Below, one piece after another: positions 13,146 to 26,482 of a stretch of 64,000 bases of DNA (position 1 is its first letter; each line of letters begins with the position of its first letter). The translations under genes were made by a program, and so were the position numbers. The DNA comes from Squalus acanthias. Its lineage: Eukaryota. The notes below the pieces were generated by a model. That model worked only from the letters and a program-made list of their open reading frames with translations. It searched no databases and was not told where the DNA came from. Where the stretch lies: assembly GCA_030390025.1 (NCBI GenBank), contig CM059432.1:14510001-14574000 (forward strand), given 5' to 3'.

Positions 13146-14762
13146 ACAACAACAACAACTTGTATTTATATAGCGCCTTTAACGTAGTAAAACATCCCAA
13201 GGCGTTTCACAGCAGTATTAAAAGACAAAAAAATTTGACACCGAGCCACATAAAGGAGAAATTAGGGCAGGGAGCCAAAAGCTTGGTCAAAGAGGTAGAT
13301 TTTAAGGAGCGTCTTAAAGGAGGAGAGAGAGGTCGCGAGGCGGAGAGGTTTAGGCAGGGAATTCCAGAGTTTAGGGCCTAGGCAAAAGAAGGCACGGCCA
13401 CCAATGGTGGAGCGATTATAATCAGGATGCTCAAGAGGGCAGAATTAGAGGAGCGCAGATATCTCAGGGGGTTGTGGGGCTGAAGGAGATTACAGAGATA
13501 GGAAGGGGCGAGGCCATGGAGAGATTTGAAAACAAGAATAAGAATTTTGAAATTGAGGCGTTACTTAACCGGGAGCCAATGTAGGTCAGCAAGCACAGGG
13601 GTGATGGGCGAACGGGACTTGGTGCGAGTTAGGACAAGGGCAGCCGAGTTTTGGATGACCTCAAGTTTACGTAGGGTAGTATGTGGGAGGCCAGCCAGGA
13701 GCGCATTGGAATAGTCAAGTCTAGAGGTAACAAAGGCATGGATGAGGGTTTCAGCAGCAGATGAGCTGAGGCAAGGCCGGAGACGGGCGATGTTACGGAG
13801 GTGGAAATAGGTGGTTTTAGTTATGCTGCGGATATGTGGTCGGAAGCTCATTTCAGGGTCAAATATGACACCAAGGTTGAGAACAGTGTGGTTTAGCATC
13901 AGACAGATGTTAGGGAGAGGGATGGAGTCAGTGGCTAGGGAACGGAGTTTGTGGCGGGGACCTGAAAACAATGGCTTCGGTCTTCCCAATATTTAATTGG
14001 AGAAAATTTCTGCTCATCCAGAACTGGATGTTGGACAAGCAGTCTGACAATCTAGACACCGTGGAGGGGTCGAGAGAAGAGGTAGTGAGGTAGAGCTGGG
14101 TGTCGTCAGCGTACATGTGGAAACTGACGCTATGTTTTCGGATGATGTCGCCGAGGGCATCATGTAGATGAGAAATAGGAGGGGGCCAAGGATAGATCCT
14201 TGGGGGACACCAGAGGTAACGATGCGGGAGCGGGAAGAGAAGCCGTTGCAGGTGATTCTCTGGCTACGATTAGATAGATAAGAATGGAACCAGGCGAGTG
14301 CAGTCCCACCCAGCTGGACGACGGTGGAGAGGTGTTGGAGAAGGATGGAGCGGTCAACCGTGTCAAAGGCTGCAGACAAGTCAAGAAGGACGAGGAGGGA
14401 TAGTTTACCTTTGTCACAGTCACAAAGGATGTCATTTGTGACTTTGATGAGAGCCATTTCGGTACTGTGACGGGCGGAAACCTGATTGGAGGGATTCACA
14501 CATGGGGTTGAGGGAATGATGGGCATGGATTTCGGAGGCGACAACACGTTCAAGGACATTGGAGAGGAAAGGGAGGTTGGAGATGGGGCAGTAGTTTGCA
14601 AGGACGAAGGGGTCAAGGGTTGTTTTTTTGAGGAGAGGGGTGATGACAGCAGATTTGAGGGAGAGGGGGACAGTACCTGAGGAGAGAGAACCTTTAACAA
14701 TGTCAGCTAACATGGGAGCCAGAAAAGGAAGTTGAGTGGTCAGCAGTTTGGTGGGAATAGGG
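13146..14762 (-). mobile_element. L2-clade LINE, 5'-truncated
   Basis: [47 protein letters not shown]; (TTG)n tail. Confidence 0.9.
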
Positions 14763-15087
14763 TCGACATACAGTTGTATTAGAAGATATCGGGCAACAAA
14801 AAGAGAAAAGGTAATGGGTGAGCATTCCTTGGATCATCTGTAGTGAGATAGAAGGACAAGTGTTGCTGAGCCAATGAAGGTAGGGGTACTATAGGGGGAA
14901 CTTTTACCAGCCATAAAGATATTGCTTGTCTGGACTGTGTCAATTTTTAACCATCATTAAATCTGCAAGCTATTCATGCAGATCCCAATCCTGGAAAACC
15001 CAAATTGACAGAGGCTTTTGTTTTTGCATTTTAATTCTATTAGCTGTAAGCTTTGTGCTTTGAGTGAGCTGGGGAGAGGTGGGATGG

Positions 15088-15826
15088 TTTAAATGTTGGT
15101 GTTCAGAGAGATTTAGGTGTCCTCGTACAGGAAACACAGAGAGTTAGCATGCAGGTACAGCAAGCAATTAGGAAGGCAAATGGCATGTTGGGTTTTATTG
15201 CAAGGAGGTTAGAGTATAAGAATAAGGAAGTTTTGCTGCAATTGTACAGGGCCTTGGTGAGACCACACCTGGAGTACTGTGCACAGTTTGGGTCTCCTTA
15301 TCTAAGGAAGGATATACTTGCATTAGAGGCGTTGCAATGAAGGTTCACTAGATTGATTCCTGGGATGAGAGAGTTATCCTATAAGGAGGGATTGAGTAGA
15401 TTGGGCCTATACTCTCTGGAGTTTAGAAGAATGAGAGGTGAGCTCATTGAAACATATAAGATTCTGAGGGGGATTGACAGGGTAGATGCTGAGAGGTTGT
15501 TTCCCCTGGCTGGAGAGTCTAGAACTAGGGGGCATAGTCTCAGGATAGGGGGTCGGCCATTTAAGACTGAGATGAGGAGGAATTTCTTCACTCAGAGGGT
15601 TATGAATCTTTGGAATTCTCTGCCCCAAAGGGCTATGGATGCTGAATTGTTGAGTATATTCAAGGCTGAGATAGATAGATTTTTGGACTCTAGGGGAATC
15701 GAGGGATATGGAGATCGGGCGGGAAAGTGGAGTTGAGGTCGATGATCAGCCATGATCTCATTGAGTGGTGGAGCAGGCTCGAGGGACCGTATGGCCCACG
15801 CCTGCTCCTAATTCTTATGTTCTTAT
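15088..15826 (+). mobile_element. CR1 3' fragment
   Basis: ORF2 C-terminus and TTCTTATG tail. Confidence 0.9.
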
Positions 15827-18424
15827 AAACTGAGTGGTTAGCTGTAGTCTGTGGAGCAGTGTGTTTACCACAAGGCCGGTTTGTGATTTTACTCTACACT
15901 AGGAGTGTTTAATGACTCATAAGAAACATTTCAACAAAAAAAATGTCATTGCTCTGTTCCAAATACCTTTTCTTTCTGAGACTGTCATTCAGAATGTTAA
16001 CTTCCGAATTCTGTAGTGCAGGTAAACAAACTGAGCCCTGGAGAAAATGTTGGTCCCGATGACATATACTTAGGAGCCAAGCACACAATTGCTGAATTGG
16101 CTGCCTCAGAGAAATCCAATCCAAGACTCAAGCTCTGCTTTGGACTGTAACCACTGAGCAGACTCATCTTGATTTCCCTGACCTCTGTTCCCATCCCTGG
16201 TGAGTCACACAAATGTCAAGGAAACTCCGAGATTGGTAGCACGCATTTCCAGTCCTGTGGAAAGATGAGACATCAGCAAAGGATACTACTGCAATACTGT
16301 AGATAGTGCCCAACTTGGAGCCAAATAGTAAGAGATGCTTCAAAGTGGCAGCAGTTTCTCTTTATTCTATTTATTTATGTATAGTATGGAGAAGAATTGC
16401 TGTGATTGTTACTTGTAACCACAGCATAAATGCATTGAACAAAGGTACAGGAGGAGGCCATTGAGCCCCTCGAGCATGCTCCACCATTCGATGAGATCAT
16501 GGCTGATCTGCGACCTAACTCCATATACCTGCCTTGGGCCCATATCCCTTAATACCTTTGGTTAACAGAAATCTATCAATCTCCGATTTAAAATTAACAA
16601 TTCATCCAGCATCAATTGCCGTTTGCGGAAGAGAGTCCCAAACTTCTACCACCCTTTGTGTGTAGAAGTGTTTCTGGCTCTAATTTTTAGGCTATGCCCC
16701 CTAGTCTTAGACTTCCCAACCAGCGGAAATAGTTTCTCTTTATCTACCCTATCTGTTCCCCTTAATATTGAAAAGGAAAGTGTTTACTGTTTCACTGCAC
16801 ATAGTGACCTGAAGATTTCTTCCTCCATATATTTTTTCTTAAGCAGCTTAGTGTTACTGGGTTAGGGGTCTTGCTTTCCTGTGATGACCACCCACTCTGG
16901 TTGACAACACTGTAGTCCATCTTCAATGAAAATGATTTGACAACGAACCTGATCTGCTCAGGATAGTAGCAGGAAGTGCACTAAGACATTAATATCAGAT
17001 GAACTGGTCCACAAATCACAAACACAATGTAATCTTGGATCCAAATTGTTCTTTGAAGTGTTCAATACCGCGCATCATCTCGTATTGAAAGCTTACAGAT
17101 GGTTCAGACTCCAAGGTGCGAGTCGCAGTGCCCTCTTGTGTTATCCTTTGCCAAAGGCTTCTCTAACTCCCATGTTATTCTCCTGGATGAGGCCTTAGAA
17201 TGGCCGTATGTTTGAATATTAGTGTGAACAGTATAGCCTTGAGTTTAGTTAATATACAGATGTCATTTATAAATGAAAAGTCATTCTTTTCACCTCACAG
17301 GGTGGTTAGCCTTGCAATTGGACTTCTTGCGACCATCTTCTTGACGTTGTAGAGGCTATGTGTGGAGCATGATGGCATTTGTGGGTTAGTCTTGTCTATC
17401 AGCAGCCCCTGCTGCTCATTGCTGCTTGACTAAGTTACTAAGCAGCAGCAATGCTGGAACTCGTTAGTGTCACAAAGGAACTGAAAATATACCATAAACT
17501 TGAGCAGGAGGACAGGAATCAAATGTGGGTTTATTTTTTTCCGCAGCCTTTTAATATTTAGCATAACAATCCGTAGAGTATGTTATAAAGAGTTATGCGG
17601 CAACTTTCTTTATATTTTAAGGGTTATTTTCCTCTGTGCACCATTTAATTTGAAGTCAATGGCAAATAAAAATCAAGAGAGATGTTAAAACGGGCTGATT
17701 CACTGTCACCCATTTTACACTATCGCACAAAGTCAAAATTACCCTCAGTAACATTAAAATAAACAGGTTAACAACTGCATTGTAAGATCATAGAATTTTA
17801 CAATACAGAAGGAGGCCATTTGGTACATTGTGCCTGTGCTGGCTCTCTGAAAGAAGTATCCAAATAGTCCCATTTCCCCATATACCCTATCAATATTTTT
17901 TCCTTTTCCAATTCTTATCCACTTCCCTTTCAAAAATGATGATGGATTCTGCTACCACCATTGTTTCTGGTAGGCCATTCTCTGTCCTTGCAACTCTCTA
18001 TGTTGAAAAAAATTCTTCCAAACTCAACCTTTGTTCATTTGGTGAGGACCTTAAATTTACGCCCTCTAGTTACCAAATCACCAACCAGTGGAAACAGCTT
18101 TTCTCAATTTACCATCTCCGCAGCGAAACACCATACACATTAACCAGTACACCAAAAATAGCTCGCAGAGAAAAATCATCCTCTTAGAGCATGCCGAGAA
18201 TTAATAAGCAAATTTTATTAATCGTAGTCATATGATGAAGAGGACTCACCTACTGGGAAAATAAATAAGCAAGTAAATAATTTATGATGTGCATGAAAGC
18301 TTATTTCATTGGAAAATCAACATACATAAAGATTCAGTGGAAATACCTCATAAATTTATTTTATGGAGGAGAATGAATTAGTGTAACTCACTGCTAAAAA
18401 TAACTTGAGAGCTCCTATATCTTG

Positions 18425-19005
18425 AACGTAAGAACATAAGAAATAGGAGCAGGAGTCGGCCATTCGACCCATCGAGTCTGTTCTGCCATTCAATATGATC
18501 ATGGCTGATCTTCTACCTCAACTCCACTTTCCTGCACTATCCCCATATCCCTTGATTCCCTTAATATCAAAAAATCTATCGATCCCAGTCTTGAATATAC
18601 TCAATGACTGAGCCTCCACAGCCCTCTGGGGTAGAGAATTCCAAAGATTCACCACCCTCTGAGTGAAGAAATTTCTCCTCATCTCAGTCCTAAATGGCTG
18701 ACCCCTTATTCTGAGACTGTGGCCCCCTGGTTCTAAAGTGAGAAGTCGCACAACACCAGGTTATAGTCCAACAGCTTTATTTGAAATCACAAGCTTTCGG
18801 AGCGCTGCTCCTTCTTCAGGCACTTCACCTGACGAAGGAGCAGCGCTCCGAAAGCTTGCGATTTCAAATAAAACTGTTGGACTATAACCTGGTGTTGTGC
18901 GACTTCTCACTTTTGTCCACCCCAGTCCAACACCGGCATCTCCACATCATGGCCCCTGGTTCTAGACTCCCCAGCCAGGGGAAACATCCTCCCTGCATCT
19001 ACCCT
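18425..19005 (-). mobile_element. CR1 3' fragment hosting the 18736-18949 insertion
   Basis: ORF 18518-18751; sequence resumes after the TSD. Confidence 0.85.
18736..18949. mobile_element. Fold-back Penelope-type element (family 2) with a hammerhead motif in each arm
   Basis: Near-perfect inverted arms ~18736-18822 / ~18826-18912 plus ~37-nt unpaired tail; ~15-bp TSD TGGCCCC(C)TGGTTCTA in a CR1 tail; CTGA(C/A)GA-A-GGAGC-AGC-GCTCC-GAAAG-CTT on both strands. Confidence 0.8.
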
Positions 19006-21910
19006 GAAGCTCATATTTTATGAGGTGGTGCATTATGCAGACTTGTTTTCATGATGCTGTCTTTGATACTAAATGAACCAACCCCCATCAGTGCCGTTTG
19101 TTGGGTTTAGTCCTCATTCCGAGCCTAGTTTACAGATATCAGCAGACACAGTGACAGGGAACTCAGTGTCCCTGGGATAGGGAGGGGAAAAATCAGCCAA
19201 GGTTCCCAATTCCAGATCACATTTCAGTGATCCCTGCTGAACTGTGGTGAGGACAGATTTGAGCCTGGCTATGATACGCTTCACCCCTCCACCCGCCCCA
19301 GGTTCAAACTCACTATCAAGGCTCACACATGAATAATGGCCACTTAGGTGAAATACTTAAGGCTCTTCACCACCCACAGAACTGTACACCAACAAGCAGT
19401 TAATGTTTTCAGAGGACAAAGGGAGGGGAGAAAACTGGCAAAGGTAAAAGGATTGTCTTTTAAATATGTTATAAATAATACATCCAGTACTTAGACTGCA
19501 GGGCTTGGATGAAAAATGCAAACTATTATTCTTGTGGCCTATGGTATCACCTGATTAGATTGTAAGACAATCCAATCGAGATGGTTGAGGGGTGATTTCA
19601 ATGAGGTGTTTAAAATGATAACGGGGTTCAATAAGGTGGATACAGGGAAACTATTTCTTCTGCTGGGAGAATTCAGAACAAGAAGGCATAATCTGAAAAT
19701 CAGAGCTAATCCTTTTAGGAGTGAAATCAGGAAGCACTTTTTCCCCACACAAAGGGTCGTGGAAATCTGGAACTCACTCCCCCAAAAAGCTATGGAGGCT
19801 GGGGGGCAATAGAAAATTTCAAAACGGAGATCGATAGATTTTTGTTAGGCAAGGGTATTACGGGTTGCAGATTTCCATGATCCTCTGGATGCTGGGTCAA
19901 TTGAAATGCGAGAGACTGAGATCAATAAACATGAGACATCCTGGTGTTAAAGAGTGAAATCCGAGTAATAATCACCTTTGATGGAGGCCTAAGGTATTGT
20001 CTCTTTATTTTGAGTGCCATGCTGCCCTGCTTTGTTACTGCTGTGCTTAGCTGTAATTTCACAAACAGTCTTACTTACATCGAATGCCTCGCAGCATTTT
20101 AAAGACCTGGATTCGGCTTCCCCGAGCATCATCCTTCCAGTGAAAACAAGTCCAACTCTCAGTCTCTCCTCATGACTGAGAGGCCGTGACCAGAATTATC
20201 CTTATGTTCTCTGTTCTGAACCTTCATTAATGCATCTTTCGAAGGTAGGGTCTCCAAAATTTTAAATGTTGCTCAACATAAATTTAGAATAACTCATTTT
20301 GATATACGGGTACGGTCAAATGTTTCTGAGATGCAGCCTGGTATGTAATCAGATTGATTTGTTAATTAACAGCTTCTAGAAGCTTTCAGTAAATGATCAA
20401 TAATCGTCGTCAATCCATTTTCTTCCCACTTGTACTAATGGTCAGTACCTGTACTAAATGAATTTCCAGTGATTAAGGTTTAAATCCAAAGGTCTTTTTG
20501 CACACACGTTGGAATTGTCTTCATACCCAGTCGCTGTGAAAGTGATTTGTTTTCTAAATTCAGCATGTATGTTTGAAATGTCCTGCTCCAGTACACTTTA
20601 CCGTAAATTTATCTATATTAAATTCTATTTGTAATTCCCTAGCCATACATTTAATTGTTCCAGATCTCTTTAAATGCATTTTCTCCTTTAAATGTGTCAC
20701 CCGGTCCCATAGCCTGATACGATAAGCAGACTTGGCAATATTGCAATAAACACTGTCTGCCACATAGTTTATAAATAAGGTGAACAGCAGGCAGGAGACC
20801 AAAAACACACCCTTGATCGTCACTGCCTCCTCAGATTCAGCGTATGCATTGTTTGGAACAGGAAACGTTACATTTGCACAATGAAAAAGTCCTCTTTTGA
20901 AAAAAAAAGGATCACTTTTTGTAAATATTTCCATTTTGGGCCAAGCAGCATCAGTATCAAGCGTTCCCCAGATCACAGTTCATGCTGAGTAATGCTCCCT
21001 CCACTCTGCCCAAACAATATGCATCAGCCCAAATTTCAAGGGCAACAGTGTGTTATTCTGTAATTTCCCACATCAGTATCTGAGTGTCAAGCTTTCATTA
21101 TCGCCTACCTCTCGCTGCCCTGCAAAAACATTTTTTTTTTGGTGCGCGGTCCCTTTAACGGGCTTGCGCGGCCCATTTTTGCACATGTGCAGATTCTTGC
21201 ATTGAAAGGCCGGTGAGCGGCCTCCAGACCACCGTGCAGCCACACAGCTCAGCCGGAACGTCGGTGCCGAGTCCTCTCTTTGAACTGGCGCAGTCCTGGT
21301 GGCAATGGTACTCCCACAATAGAGTTATGTAGGGAATTCCAGGATATTGGACCCAGCGACAATGAAGGGAATGGTGTGTTCCCACACATTGCTGCTCTTG
21401 TCCTTTTTGGTGGTAAAGGGCACAGGGGAGGGAGTGGACACAAGGATGTCTGATATGTGAAATGGAAACATTCCACTGTGCAGGGAGGGGCGCTCCTCGA
21501 GTTTGGAGTTGTGGGATGTCGCTGGCTAGAGTAGAAGGAGCTTCATTCTACACTAATTTTACTAGATCTGTCCGGGGAGTGTTGGAAATATACAGCAGAC
21601 CCTATAAAAGAGAAAATACAGATGCTGACAAACCTGTTGAGCGTTTCCATCAGTTTCTGTTTTGATTTCAGGTTTCCAGCATTCAGTTTTAAAACAAATT
21701 AGAACGATTGATTATAACACTTGATGCAAAGGTTAAAAACCCGTTGTTCCCCAACACGAATAACCTTCGCCTTCAGAAACAAACAAAAAAATCACCTCCC
21801 CACCCCCCCAAAAAAAGATGATGGAGAATATATAACCAGGCAGCTTGATGCTGGTAAATCAGACTTTTCTGCTACTTAGCCCAGAGATATTGCTGAGTAA
21901 CTTGTCCTAT

Positions 21911-21944
21911 AGCGACACCTGGTGGCTATTCTATATTTCTGCAA
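21911..21944 (-). promoter_or_regulatory. Candidate CTCF site with upstream module
   Basis: Minus strand reads TGCAG-13nt-CCACCAGGTGTCGCT: close match to the CTCF core plus the TGCAG upstream (ZF9-11) module at the expected spacing. Confidence 0.65.
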
Positions 21945-23165
21945 CTTCACCGACATGAGCCGTGAGAAATTACACTTGTGAATTATGTTGTATATCCTAT
22001 TTAGTTCTTAGTTAAATAGCAATTGGGAAATATATGGAACAAAAGAATCCTTCATCCTTCACTCACCACACACATTCACCTTAAATTTCTACCATACTCT
22101 TCAAAAGAATTAAAAATGTTTACCTGGGCAATGGTAATTCTCCAAAGGCCGTTTCACTGAACCCACTGCACCATTTTAACTAGTTTAGCTAATTAGCTAG
22201 AAAGAGAGCTACCAATTTGGGGATCAGTAAAGAAAAACTTGCATTTATATAGCGCCTTTCACGACCACCAGACGTCTCAAAGCGCTTTACAGCGAATGAA
22301 GTACTTTTGAAGTAAGGAAATAGGTACCAATAAAATCGGTTTTAAAATACTTTAATTAGTTTAGTTATCAGGGTAGTTATTCCTGCACAATAAATAGTTC
22401 ATACCATAAAGTTTTCAATCAGTTTTGGTCAGAATTAACTAAATGCTTTTTAAAAAAAAGTATTACAGCTAAGAGTCTTTATCTGTTCATTAAGTTGTGA
22501 CAAGGTACAAGTGGCAGTTATTTAAGCTTCTTGAATATAAAGTCTTATGGCTAGTGCGCCCATTACAGCTAAAATTGAGACATCCGAGTCTCACCAGTGA
22601 AAGTGCACATCAGACCTGCACCTGATTTTATTTCAAATACAAGTGTTATTTCAACTGAATAGGTACAGAATGTAATAATCAATAAATAGTGAGCTAGAAA
22701 AAGCTACCAATTTAGAAATCAGTTAGGAAACAGCTACCAATAAAAGGGTAACCAATAAAATCATTTAAAAATATTTTTTGAAGATCATTTCAGCTGAGGA
22801 CATGGTAGCGAAATAAGCTTTCGAACATAATGACATAAAAGATTACTTACTTCGCAACAAAGTCTAATTTAGAGAGAGATATGCATTACATAAAGCCTCC
22901 TCGCAATATCAGGATGTCCCACAGTAATAGGTTACTTTTTGAAGTATATTTGTGGCAGTCAGTGTGCACACAGCAAAGTCCTATGAACAGCGAATCATTG
23001 GTTTGATGTTGGTTGAGGAATGAATGTTGGCCAGGGAGATCTCCTTATTCTTCTTTGAATAGTGCATGGGATCTATAATTCCAAAGTAGGCAGGTCATCT
23101 AACATTTCATCCAAAAGATGGCACCTTCAATAATGCAGTAGTGCATTGCAATGCCAACCTAAAAT

Positions 23166-23439
23166 ATGAGAAGTCGCACAACACCAGGTTATAGTCCAAC
23201 GGTTTTATTTGAAATTACGAGCTTTCGGAGCGCTGCTCCTTCGTCGGGTAAAGTGAGGGAATACAAATCAGTTACAAGGCATATATAGACAGAGAACAAT
23301 GTGTTCCCTCACTTTACCTGACGAAAGAGCAGTGCTCCGAAAGCTTGTAATTTTAAATAAATCTGTTGGACTATAACCTGGTGTTGTGCGACTTCTCATT
23401 TTTGTCCACCCCAGTCCAACACCGACATCTCCACATCAT
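23166..23439. mobile_element. Fold-back Penelope-type element (family 2), second copy
   Basis: Same arms and tail as 18736-18949 with a longer loop; TSD AACCTAAAATATG (23156-23168 / 23440-23452); hammerhead motifs at 23215-23251 (-) and 23314-23350 (+). Confidence 0.8.
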
Positions 23440-23589
23440 AACCTAAAATATGCACGCGAGTTCAAAGCCCACCTCGGCAACTGTGGAATTTAAATTCAGT
23501 TAATTAAATAAATCTGGAATAAAAAACTAGCATCAGTAATGGTGACCATGAAACTTTACGACCATGATTGTCGTAAAAACCCATCTGAT

Positions 23590-25000
23590 GGAAAACAATG
23601 TGGAAAACTACCCAGATATGTCATGTCCACAAAAAGCAGGACAAATCCAATCCGGCTAATTACCGCCCCATCAGTCTACTCTAAATCATCAGCAAAGTGA
23701 TGGAAGGTGTCGTCGACAGTGCTATCAAGCGGCACTTATTCACCAATAACTTGCTTACCGATGCTCAGTTTGGGTTCCACCAAGATAACTCTGCTCCAGA
23801 CCTCATGACAGCATTGGTCCAAACATGGACACAAGAGCTGAATTTCAGGAGGTGAGGTGAGAGTGACTGCCCTTGACATCAAGGAGCCCCAGTAAAACTG
23901 AAGTCAATGGGAATCAGGGGGAAACCTTTCCACTGGCTGGAGTCATATATAACACAAAGGAAGATAGTTGTGGTTGTTGGAGGTCAATCATCTCAGCCCC
24001 AGGACATCAATGCAGGAGTTACTCAGGGCAGTGTCCAAGGCCAAACCATCTTCAGCTGCTTCATCAATGACCTTCCTGCTATCATAAGGTCAGACGTGGG
24101 GATGTTCGCTGATGACTGCACAGTGTTCAGCGCCATTCACAACTCCTCAGATAATGAAGCAGTCCATGGCCGCATGCAACAAGACCTGGACGACGTTCAG
24201 GCTTGGGCCGATAAGTGGCAGGTAATATTCACGCCACAGAAGTGCCAGAAAATGACTTACTCCAACAAGCGAGAGTCTAACCACCACCCCATGACATTCA
24301 ACGGCATTATCATCGCCGAATCCCCCACCATCAACATCCTGGGGGGTCACCATTGACCAGAACTTAACTGGAGCCAGCCACATAAATACTGTGGCAACAA
24401 GAGCAGGTCAGAGGTTGGGTATTCTGCGGTGAGTGTCTCACCTCCTGACTCCCCAAAATCTTTCCACCATCTACAAGGCACAAGTCAGGAGTGCGATGGA
24501 ATACTCTCCACTTGCCTGGATGAGTGCAGCTCCAACAACACTCAAGAAGCTCGACACCATCCAGGACAAAGCAGCTCGCTTGATTGGCACCCCATCCACC
24601 ACCGTAAACATTCACTCCCTCCATCACCAGTGCACCGTGGCTGCAGTGTGTACCATCTACAAGATGCACTGCAGCAACTCGCCAAGGCTCCTTCGGCAGC
24701 ACCTCCCAAACCCACGACCTCTACCACCTAGAAGGACAAGGGCAGCTGACGCATGGGAACACCATCACCTCCAAGTTCCCCTCCAAGTTTCACACCATCC
24801 TGACTTGGAAATATATTGCCATTCCTTTATCGTCACTGGGTCAAAATCCTGGAACTCCCTCCCTAACAGCACTGTGGGAGTACCTTCACCACACGGACTG
24901 CAGCGGTTCAAGATGGTGGCTCACCACCACCTTCTCAAGGGCAATTAGGGATGGGCAATAAATGCTGGCCTTGCCAGCAACGCCCACATCCCAGGAATGA
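23590..25000 (+). mobile_element. Third LINE family (CR1/Jockey-group RT), 5'-truncated
   Basis: NYRPISL, GVTQGSV, FADD, IYKAQVRSAMEYSPLAW; distinct tail GGGATGGGCAATAAATGCTGGCCTTGCC. Related pieces at ~4280-4790 (-), ~28148-28382 (+), ~46870-47880 (+). Confidence 0.85.
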
Positions 25001-25244
25001 AATTTTAAAAAATCTCCAGCATTGGCATGGAGTCTCCAGGAATTAAGATTAATCTTCAGAACACTGCTGCGAGCAACCCTGGAGAAAAATCATAAGAGCA
25101 TTTAAAAAAGTGTGTTTTTCATTTTGTTTGACCACTTCTGTTTATTAGTTATAAAAAATATTGGAGATGGGGGAAAAAAGGCTATATGACTGACAATCAA
25201 GATTCAATTGGGTAATGAGTCTTTGCACTTTCTGGCATTTTTAA

Positions 25245-25960
25245 AATTAGTTTATGGGATCAGGGCGTCGCTGGCAATGCCAGCATTTATTGCCCATCCC
25301 TAGTTGTCTTTGAGAAGGTGGTGGTGAGCCACCTTCTTGAACCGCTGCAGTCCGTGTGGTGACGGTACTCCCACAGTGCTGTTAAGTAGGGAGTTCCAGG
25401 ATTTTGACCCAGCAACAATGAAGGATCAGCGATATACTTCTAAGTCAGGATGGTGTGTGACTTGGAGGGGAACTTGCAGGTGATGGTGTTCCCATGTGCC
25501 TGCTGCCCTTGTCCTTCTAGGTGGAAGAGGTCGCGGGTTTAGGAGGTGCTGCCGAAGAAGCCTTGACGAGTTGTTGCAGTGCATCTTGCAGATGGTACAC
25601 ACTGCAGCCACGGTACGCCGGTGGTGGAGGGAGTGAATGTTTAAGCTGGTGGATGGGGTGCCAATCAAGCGGGCTGCTTTGTCCTGGGTGGTGTCGAGCT
25701 TCTAGTGTTGTTGGAGCTGCACTCATCCAGGCAAGTGGAGAGTATTCCATCACACTCCTGACTTGTGCCTTGTAGATAGTGGAAAGGCTTTGGGGAGTCA
25801 GGAGGTGAGACACTCGCCGCAGAATACCTAGCCTCTGCCCTGCTCTTGTTGCCACAGTATTTATGTGGCTGGTCCAGTTAAGTTTCTGGTCAATGGTGAC
25901 CCCCCAGGATGTTGATAGTGGGGGATTCAGCGATGGTAATGCCATTGAATGTCAAGGGGC
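25245..25960 (-). mobile_element. Third LINE family 3' fragment, inverted relative to 23590-25000
   Basis: ORF 25517-25945 is nearly identical in translation to 24433-24948. Confidence 0.88.
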
Positions 25961-26482
25961 GGTGGGCATGGAAAGGCAGTGCACCATGAGGATGGACGTG
26001 TTAGGAGACCAATGGCGAGAGCGTGGGGGCGGGGCAGTGGAGGCTGGAGGTCATGTGAGGAAACCTCCAGGAACACATTGAACCAAAGTTGCGAACTCTA
26101 CTTACAGCCTCCTGCCAGAGGGAAGCGTGGTGCCAAATGAGTCAATACCTAAAATTATCTACAGAGCTGCCATGTGTGTGCATGGAATGTCAAAAAACAT
26201 TTTTTTTGGAGTTGTGTTCCTCGACATGAGGCCCAATGCTTGAATTCATCAGGCTTCCCAGAGCTCAGACTGACTGCAAACTCTCAGAAGACACCAGTCA
26301 CTGTACAATCAATCTGTGCATTACAATTCCCAGAATACCCACCTGCATTGAAACCATAGAAGCAATTGTTAGGACCATTAGTGAATACTTGAAAGTAACT
26401 GAATTGCTTTTGCATAAAAAGAAGAAAACACAATAAAGCATCAATTTATGAACTTTACCTGTGATAACAGACAGCAAGAGGG

